This document shows positions 26,292 to 32,000 of a stretch of DNA of 32,000 bases, piece after piece. The stretch covers positions 660,001-692,000 of the forward strand of contig NC_008340.1 of NCBI RefSeq assembly GCF_000014785.1, written 5' to 3'. The notes beneath the pieces are model-generated. The model had not been told where the DNA came from. It was given only the letters and a program-made list of their open reading frames with translations, and searched no databases. Position 1 is the stretch's first letter. Each line of letters opens with the position of its first letter. The position numbers and the translations under genes were made by a program. The DNA is from Alkalilimnicola ehrlichii MLHE-1 (GTDB lineage: Bacteria; Pseudomonadota; Gammaproteobacteria; Nitrococcales; Halorhodospiraceae).

Positions 26292-27221
26292 TCACAGCAG
26301 CAGTGAGAGAGCCAGCGAAACGGTGACCATGGAGAGTACTGTCGAGATCAGAATGGCCGTCGACGTGGGGCCCGCGTAGAGGCCGTACCGTTGTGCCAGC
26401 ACGTGGACGTTGGCGGCCACCGGCAGAGTGGCCAGGATGACCAGGGCGGTCTGCAGCGGGCCGTCCAGCCCCAGCAGCCAGGTGGCCAGCCAGACCACCG
26501 GTGCGTGGATCAGTAGCTTTGCGGCCACCAGAATGGCGACCTCCGGCCCCGCCGAGCGGACCGGCTGCCGGGCGAGGGTGATGCCCAGCGCGAACAAGGC
26601 CGTCGGCCCGGCCGCAGCACCCAGCAATTCCAGGTAACGCAGGAGCGGGGCTGGCAGGCTGAGCGACAGCAGTGCCAGCGTGACGCCGACCGCGCTGGCG
26701 ATGACCAGCGGATTGCGTGCCACCCCCAGTCCTGCGGTACGCAGCGCGCGACGGAAACCGCTCCCCTCATCCCTTTCCCACTCGATGATCGCCGTGGCCA
26801 CGGCGATCATGATGGCGCTGTCGACAATGATCACCACCATCGCCGCCGGCAGCACGTGGGTGCCCATGGCGGTGACCACTAGGGGCAGGCCCACGAAACC
26901 GACGTTGCCGAAGGTGGCGACCAGCGCCTGTATCGCCCCCTCTCCCGCGCTGCGTCCGAACAGCCACCGCAGCCCCAGCCAGGTGGTGAAGAACAGCAGC
27001 AAGGCGGGCAACAGCCAGGAGAGGAAGAGCGCCGGGCGCAGGATGTCCGCCGCCGCCATTTCCGCGGTCCCGCTGAGCAACAGCGCCGGTAGGGCAAAAT
27101 AGAAGACGAACGTGTTCAGCGGCCGGGTGCTGGTCCCCTCCAGCAGCCGCGTGCGACCGGCGGCCATGCCGGTGAAGATCAGCGCGAAGAAGGGCAGGGC
27201 GACGGCGAGGACGACTTCCAT
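26292..27221 (-). CDS. AEC (auxin efflux carrier) family permease, second copy
   Basis: 309 aa and polytopic. It starts MEVVLAVALPFFALIFTGMAAGR and carries the typical GNVGFVGLPLV segment. Confidence 0.8.
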   Translation of the reverse strand: MEVVLAVALPFFALIFTGMAAGRTRLLEGTSTRPLNTFVFYFALPALLLSGTAEMAAADILRPALFLSWLLPALLLFFTTWLGLRWLFGRSAGEGAIQALVATFGNVGFVGLPLVVTAMGTHVLPAAMVVIIVDSAIMIAVATAIIEWERDEGSGFRRALRTAGLGVARNPLVIASAVGVTLALLSLSLPAPLLRYLELLGAAAGPTALFALGITLARQPVRSAGPEVAILVAAKLLIHAPVVWLATWLLGLDGPLQTALVILATLPVAANVHVLAQRYGLYAGPTSTAILISTVLSMVTVSLALSLLL

Positions 27222-27287
27222 GGTGGGGCCGGGCGTCTGATCCTCGGGGCCAGCGGCGGCCGTCGGCCCCGGCGGGTGGCTGGAACG

Positions 27288-27338
27288 AAAAAGGCCGCCC
27301 GGTGGAGGCGGCCCCTGCGGGCGGGCCGGTGGCCCGCC
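27288..27338 (-). terminator. Tandem-hairpin rho-independent terminator on the minus strand, directly downstream of the orphan CCA end
   Basis: Hairpin B: GGCGGGCC-ggt-GGCCCGCC (27320-27338). Hairpin A: GGCCGCC-cggtgga-GGCGGCC (27293-27313). On the minus strand these are followed by TTTTT (27288-27292). Confidence 0.7.
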
Positions 27339-27348
27339 GGGTGGTGTC

Positions 27349-27362
27349 TGGTGGAGCCGAGG
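27349..27362 (-). other. Orphan 3'-terminal fragment of an Ala-type acceptor RNA gene (tmRNA or tRNA-Ala): candidate att site and island boundary
   Basis: The minus strand reads CCTCGGCTCCACCA. It has U at the position-70 equivalent (G3:U70 alanine identity), discriminator A and an encoded CCA. No T arm or gene body lies upstream of it. Confidence 0.5.
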
Positions 27363-27512
27363 TCTACTCTAACACGGTCGCGTAAAGTCGCAAAGCGTAT
27401 TGCAAGCCCCTGATCCACCGCCATTTTAATCCTAGCCTCCGCTTTTCCTTGTCTTAAATAGTCGCACCGTGTAGCATCCAATGTCAAGGTTTTTGGTGTG
27501 ATAGGTGAGCGG

Positions 27513-28748
27513 ATGCCAAAGAAAGCCAAAGAGTTGTCAGCGATCCAAGTTAAGCGACTATCGAAGGTGGGGGTGCATGCTGTCGGCGGTGTATCCGGTC
27601 TGCTGCTGCGCGTCTACTCCAGCGGTGCCCGATGCTGGGTTCTGCGCACCAGAGCCGGAGGGAAGCGACGGGACTATGGTCTCGGTGGATACCCAACAGT
27701 GACACTCGCTCAGGCGCGTGAAAGGGCGCGTGAGCTGCTGGACGAGCTGTGGCGCGGCAATGACCCCGTTGCCGAGCGTCGGGGGCGTATAGCGGAGCAA
27801 CGGGCGGCTGAGGCCAAGCGCCTGACGTTCGCTCAGGCCGCCGCCCAATGCCACCAGGCGAAGGCCGCCGAGTTCCGCAACGCCAAGCATAAGCGCGACT
27901 GGATAAGCAGTCTTGAGCGTCATGCCTTCCCGGTGCTGGGTGATCTGCCGGTGGCCGACATTGAGTTGGCCCACGTCCTCAAGGTGTTGGAACCGATATG
28001 GAAGGAAAAGACCGAGACCGCCACGCGGGTACGCCAGCGGGTGGAGTCGGTTATCACCTGGGCGACTGTCTCCGGTTATCGGGAGGGCGAGAACCCGGCC
28101 CGATGGGCTGGCAACCTGGAGGTTGCGCTGCCGGCTCCGAACAAGATCAGGAAGGTGAAGCACCACCGCGCTCTACCGTGGAAGGAAGTGCCGGAGTTCA
28201 TGGCCGCGTTGAGACAGCGCCAAGGCATGGCCGCACTCGCCTTGGAGTTCGCCATCCTCACCGCTGCCCGCTCCGGTGAGGTGCGCGGTGCCACCTGGGA
28301 CGAGATCGACTTAGACGCCCGCGTCTGGACGGTGCCAGCCGACAGGATCAAGGCCGGTAAGCCCCACCGCGTACCGCTGTCCGATGATGCAGTGGCGGTG
28401 CTGGAGCGCGTGCCACGGATGGAGGGCAGTAACCTTGTGTTCACCGCGCCGCGTGGTGGCCAGTTGTCCGACATGACGTTGGGCGCTGTCCTCAAGCGGA
28501 TGGAGGTAGACGCCACGGCCCACGGGTTCCGCTCCACGTTCAAGGATTGGGCGCGATCCTGCACCAGCTATCAGGACGAGGTGTCAGAGCTGGCCCTAGC
28601 TCACGTCAACAGCGACGCCACCCGCGCCGCCTATGCGCGTGACGAGCTGTTGCCACAGCGCAAGCGGCTGATGCAGGAGTGGGCGCGTTACTGCCGAGAC
28701 GGCATGCCGGAGACGGCAAGCGTTACTCCTATCGGGCACAACATCTAG
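27513..28748 (+). CDS. int: Tyrosine recombinase, P4-type integrase with N-terminal DUF4102 arm-binding domain
   Basis: The start at 27513 gives MPKKAKELSAIQVKRL...GLLLRVYSSGARCWVLR (DUF4102 pattern). Catalytic residues: R in LTAARSGEVRG, HGFRSTFKDW, and the Y region in AHVNSDATRAAYARDE. Confidence 0.92.
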   Translation: MPKKAKELSAIQVKRLSKVGVHAVGGVSGLLLRVYSSGARCWVLRTRAGGKRRDYGLGGYPTVTLAQARERARELLDELWRGNDPVAERRGRIAEQRAAEAKRLTFAQAAAQCHQAKAAEFRNAKHKRDWISSLERHAFPVLGDLPVADIELAHVLKVLEPIWKEKTETATRVRQRVESVITWATVSGYREGENPARWAGNLEVALPAPNKIRKVKHHRALPWKEVPEFMAALRQRQGMAALALEFAILTAARSGEVRGATWDEIDLDARVWTVPADRIKAGKPHRVPLSDDAVAVLERVPRMEGSNLVFTAPRGGQLSDMTLGAVLKRMEVDATAHGFRSTFKDWARSCTSYQDEVSELALAHVNSDATRAAYARDELLPQRKRLMQEWARYCRDGMPETASVTPIGHNI

Positions 28749-29053
28749 TGGGGGTGTCGCGCTACACCCCTGATATATGGTGATAAACGGCACTTGCGCG
28801 ACCCCCCTCCAGTGCGGTTTAATGGGAACCGTGCGCGACGAGTAGCGCATAAAAAAGCCCGGCCGCTGCTACCAACAGTGACCGGGCCGATACAGCAATT
28901 TCACCTTTATAGCTCCACCGTAGGGGTGGAGTGAGGCGCCGCTACCAACGGTTAGCCTCATGGGCAGTGTAGCCAGAGTTGAACATGTGCGCAACACCTG
29001 GCCGTATCTTGCCGCCCCCCTACGGCGGAGCCTCGAACATGAGGTTCTGACCA

Positions 29054-29254
29054 ATGACCGCGACAGCACAACAGACCACCTACCTGTCACTACGCCAGAT
29101 CACCGAGCGCTACAACGTCCACAAGTCCACCGCCTGGCGCTGGGTGGCTGCTGGACGATTCCCTAAGCCCGTTAAGTTGTCCCCCGGCTGCACCCGCTGG
29201 AAGTTGTCCGACTTGGAGCAGTGGGAAGCCGAGCAGGCGGGGGAGGGTGCGTGA
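29054..29254 (+). CDS. alpA: AlpA-family (MerR-like) phage transcriptional regulator / excisionase
   Basis: 66 aa. The motif is YLSLRQITERYNVHKSTAWRWVAAGRFPKPVKLSPGCTRWKLSDLEQW. Confidence 0.85.
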   Translation: MTATAQQTTYLSLRQITERYNVHKSTAWRWVAAGRFPKPVKLSPGCTRWKLSDLEQWEAEQAGEGA

Positions 29255-31800
29255 TGGAGGCACAAAAACGAAACCCCGAGACCCTAGAGCTTGGCGGCGG
29301 CGGGATCACGGGGCGGGCGATGAGCAAAGCTGATTGTTCTGCCGGTGATTATACCACTACCATTCCCTCCAACGCCATGCCGTATGAGCGGCATATTCCC
29401 GATGCCTGGGAGTTGCCCCTTGATCTGGTGGATATGCCGATCTGGTGCGCTTGGAAGCTGGTGCAAAAGCCTGGAAAGCCGAAGCCGGACAAAGTGCCGG
29501 TAAGCGCCGCTGATGGCTTGCAGGGTTCCAAGGCATGGGGCGGGAAGAAAAACCCAAAGCCCGAGTTCTGCACCACCGCAGAGAAGGCAATCTATTACGC
29601 GAATCAGGCCAAAGATATTACTGGCGTCGGCATTATCCTGATGCCGGGTTTCGGGCTGATCGGTGGCGACCTGGACGGTTGCTGTAATTCAGGTACGGGT
29701 GCGCCTACGGAACAGGCCCGCCGAATCATCGAAGCCGCCGACACTTACACCGAAGTTTCCCCCGGCCTGGAGGGATACCGCTTTATTGCCCGTGGTACGT
29801 TCGGCGGCCATACCGGCAACAATAGGGCGGAGGGCGTGGAGTTCTACGAGGATGGCCGTTTCCTCACGATCACCGGCTATCACGTCGAAGGCACGCCGCA
29901 CGCTATCGAGGAACGCGACCTGTCCGAGTTGGGGGCGGAGTACTTCGACAAGGCTAGTTCCGACACCAAGGCCGGAGAGGCTGAACCCGAAACGGGCGGA
30001 GGCCGTGGCCTGGAGGCGTTCGAGCTGCCGCCCCATGTGCGCGGCTGGATTACCGATGGCGTAGAGCAGGGCACGCGGTCGGATCGCATATTCCAGTGCG
30101 CGAAAGACCTTGTACGTGCTGGTGCCACCGAAGGGGAGGCCGTGGCCATCCTGGCGAACCCTGAGCACGGCATCAGCGACAAGCCGCTTCAGGAGCGCGG
30201 CGGAGACATTCAAGGCGCTAGGCAGTGGGTGCAGCGTTACGCCGTCGCGCCTGCCCGCCGTGATGTTGAAGCCGAGCCGGACGAGTTCGACGACGAGACG
30301 GGAAGCACTGAGACCGCCGGATGGCCGGAGCCGGTGGACCTGTTTGCATCTCGCCCGGTGCCGCCTTTCCCTGCCCAAGTTATGCCGGAAGCCTGGCAGC
30401 GCCACGCGGCTGGCCTCAGTGCGCAAACCGGGTTTGACCCTGGTGGCTACCTGTTCGTGATGCTGGCGCACGCGGGCTGCCTGATGGACCACCGAACGCG
30501 GGTGGCCGTTAATTCGAGCTGGCGAGAGCCGCCGCTCCATTGGGCTGCCCTTGTGGATTCCAGCGGCGGAGGTAAAACGCCAATCCTGGGCGCAGCAGGG
30601 AAACCTGCGATGAGCATTTACAGCGAGATCAACAAGCGGAGTGCCCGCGAGTTGATGGAATGGCACAAAGCGGCGGACAGCGCCAAGAAGGGCGAGGAAC
30701 CGCCCCGCCCGATCTGGAAGCAGCGCAATACCGACGATGGGACCATTGAAGGGATGCGCGATGCCCTGGAGGGCAACCCGGAAGGCGTAACCCTCGCCAT
30801 TGATGAGCTGACCGCGTGGCTCGGCTCTATGGATGCCTTCACGAGCGCGAGAGGCGCAGCCAGCAAAGACAGACCGGCTTGGTTGGAAGCGTGGAGCGGC
30901 AAGGAGGATCGCGTTATTAACCGAGCCGGGAAGGTGAAGGTTATTCCCCATTGGGCTGCTGGGGTTATCGGCGCTATTCAACCCGAAGTGTTGGCCCAGC
31001 AGTTCAAACGCGGGCATGGCAGCAGTGACGGCATGATGCAGCGTTTCATGCTCTACCAACTGCGCCCCGCCGCCGATGGCGACCTGCTGACCGAGCCGGA
31101 TATGCTGGCGGATGCCAGTGCTCACAACGTGTTCCAAGCCGTTGCCGATCTTGCCGAGGAAGGGCCGCAGCACTACCAGCTAGACCGCGAGGCGGTGGCG
31201 CTGCTACAGGACTACATGCAAGCCATTCGGGTGCTTGCGGCCCGCACGCCGGGAGCACGCTTTGCGGAGCACTTGGGCAAGTTTCCCGCCTTCGCGATCC
31301 GCGTTGCCTTGACGCTCCACGTTGTCCACGCCGTGGCCGCCAAAGAGCGCCCCTACACCGTTATAAGCGCGGAGACGATGGAACGGGCGCTAACCATTAT
31401 GCGCGTGCTCTATCGCCATTCTGAGGCCGTTTATACGGTACTGGATGAGGCCAGCGAGGGAGCCCGCCGCTTGACGGTATCTGCTGCCGAGGCGGTGCTG
31501 GCCAAGGGTTGGATGGTGCTAACCCGTGGCGACTTGACCAGGGATGCCACCGGATGGCGAGGGGCTAACAGTGGCGATGCCGAAGCCGCTACCGATCTGC
31601 TGATTGAGTTCGGATGGTTCGCGGATATTACCGACCAAGCGCAGAGAGGCAAGCGGGGGCGGCGCAGTGATGGCCGGTTCGCTGTTAATCCGCGAGTGCA
31701 TGAGGTGTTTATGCAGCACAGCCAGCGGATCAAAAAGGAGCGGGCCGAGCGGTTCCAAGCGATCCACACGGCGGCCACCGAGAGGCAGGGAATTAGTTGA
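29254..31800 (+). CDS. Replication protein: N-terminal Prim-Pol (bifunctional primase/polymerase), PriCT-like helical domain, C-terminal DUF3987 helicase-like domain
   Basis: The start at 29254 overlaps the alpA stop (TGATG). DxD motif IGGDLDGC, EVSPGLEGYRF and GVEFYEDGRFLTITG (Prim-Pol). WITDGVEQGTRSDRIFQCAKDL (PriCT-like). Walker A SSGGGKTPIL and Walker B LAIDELTAWL (DUF3987). Confidence 0.85.
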   Translation: MEAQKRNPETLELGGGGITGRAMSKADCSAGDYTTTIPSNAMPYERHIPDAWELPLDLVDMPIWCAWKLVQKPGKPKPDKVPVSAADGLQGSKAWGGKKNPKPEFCTTAEKAIYYANQAKDITGVGIILMPGFGLIGGDLDGCCNSGTGAPTEQARRIIEAADTYTEVSPGLEGYRFIARGTFGGHTGNNRAEGVEFYEDGRFLTITGYHVEGTPHAIEERDLSELGAEYFDKASSDTKAGEAEPETGGGRGLEAFELPPHVRGWITDGVEQGTRSDRIFQCAKDLVRAGATEGEAVAILANPEHGISDKPLQERGGDIQGARQWVQRYAVAPARRDVEAEPDEFDDETGSTETAGWPEPVDLFASRPVPPFPAQVMPEAWQRHAAGLSAQTGFDPGGYLFVMLAHAGCLMDHRTRVAVNSSWREPPLHWAALVDSSGGGKTPILGAAGKPAMSIYSEINKRSARELMEWHKAADSAKKGEEPPRPIWKQRNTDDGTIEGMRDALEGNPEGVTLAIDELTAWLGSMDAFTSARGAASKDRPAWLEAWSGKEDRVINRAGKVKVIPHWAAGVIGAIQPEVLAQQFKRGHGSSDGMMQRFMLYQLRPAADGDLLTEPDMLADASAHNVFQAVADLAEEGPQHYQLDREAVALLQDYMQAIRVLAARTPGARFAEHLGKFPAFAIRVALTLHVVHAVAAKERPYTVISAETMERALTIMRVLYRHSEAVYTVLDEASEGARRLTVSAAEAVLAKGWMVLTRGDLTRDATGWRGANSGDAEAATDLLIEFGWFADITDQAQRGKRGRRSDGRFAVNPRVHEVFMQHSQRIKKERAERFQAIHTAATERQGIS

Positions 31801-31805
31801 AAAAC

Positions 31806-31880
31806 TTGTATGCGCGTGCGCGAGTACAGAGTTTATACAAGCCCCTTTTTTACTTTTCTTACTCGTGTGCGCGCATACAA
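31806..31880. repeat. Imperfect 21-bp inverted repeat flanking an AT-rich spacer, immediately 3' of the replicase gene (ori candidate)
   Basis: TTGTATGCGCGTGCGCGAGTA (31806-31826) and TACTCGTGTGCGCGCATACAA (31860-31880) match at 18 of 21 positions. The 33-bp spacer is CAGAGTTTATACAAGCCCCTTTTTTACTTTTCT. The arms are alternating purine-pyrimidine. Confidence 0.6.
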
Positions 31881-31960
31881 CTAATTCAACTTATTGGGCA
31901 CCGGCTCCAGCGCCGCCCGGTGGCCTTCAATCACCAGGCGCAATCAGCGAGGTAACGACG

Positions 31961-32000
31961 ATGATTGATGCGGAAGTAGCGGAAGAGATTCACGACGCGC
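31961..32000 (+). CDS. Possible start of the next island gene (truncated by the window end)
   Basis: The ATG at 31961 is preceded by GCGAGG. The frame is open to the edge (MIDAEVAEEIHDA...). It is too short to evaluate. Confidence 0.2.
   Translation, partial: MIDAEVAEEIHDA

Larger units (their letters stand above)
27349..32000 (+). mobile_element. Integrated P4-like / PICI-like element, left part only (continues beyond the window)
   Basis: The order is att-like fragment, P4-type integrase, AlpA, Prim-Pol/DUF3987 replicase, then an ori-like inverted repeat. GC drops from about 67% (1141-1200) to 45% (27421-27480) and 55% (29341-29400). Confidence 0.75.

Noticed and set aside
27349-27440. A complete 92-nt long-arm tRNA (Ser, Leu or Sec-like) or tmRNA gene on the minus strand ending in CCA at 27349.
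   Set aside because: The 5' candidate GGAGGCTAGG pairs with the 3' strand only with two mismatches. There is no T arm or GGTTCGA-type loop and no D or anticodon arms. A 360-nt tmRNA would run into the integrase ORF. I kept only the 3' fragment interpretation.
29689-31173. 494-aa minus-strand ORF inside the island replicase gene.
   Set aside because: It is antisense to the Prim-Pol/DUF3987 gene, which has DxD and Walker motifs. No domains were seen in this ORF.

Overview
High-GC (about 67% in sampled stretches) gammaproteobacterial-type chromosome, possibly a sulfur-oxidising or haloalkaliphilic Ectothiorhodospiraceae-like lineage (guess only). The window is densely coding on both strands. 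Because of the GC content it has many long spurious antisense ORFs, which I discarded.

**Core content, left to right**
- prmA (3' end), DUF3426, fis, purH and purD.
- A phasin gene divergent from an RRM RNA-binding protein gene.
- A minus-strand run: uup (ABC-F), small membrane protein, M23 peptidase, bactofilin.
- DUF3422, an RsmB/F-type rRNA methyltransferase, and an AEC permease.
- A sulfur-relay operon (YchN/DsrE-like, NifS-like cysteine desulfurase, ArsR-rhodanese fusion), divergent from a SAM methyltransferase and a cysteine-free ACR3-like permease.
- A translationally coupled operon: KaiC-like ATPase, pseudo-receiver, and pseudo-receiver/degenerate GGDEF/EAL protein.
- tRNA-Arg(CCU).
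- An FNR-like regulator with tandem FNR-type boxes, followed by a TorD-PhsA-PhsB-PhsC-like molybdoenzyme operon.
- A second AEC permease.

**Mobile element**
From about 27.35 kb the composition drops (45-55% GC in sampled stretches) and an integrated element begins.
- At the junction sits an orphan Ala-type acceptor 3' end (CGGCTCCACCA) with its own tandem terminator.
- It is followed by a P4-type integrase, an AlpA-like regulator, a Prim-Pol/DUF3987 replicase and an AT-rich inverted-repeat ori candidate.
- The element runs off the right edge, so its cargo is not visible.

**Candidates for something new**
1. The KaiC-like/pseudo-receiver/EAL module.
2. The ArsR-rhodanese sulfur-relay locus with the cysteine-free ACR3-like permease.
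3. The satellite-like island and its attachment junction.

All family assignments are from motif recognition by eye. No database search was run.
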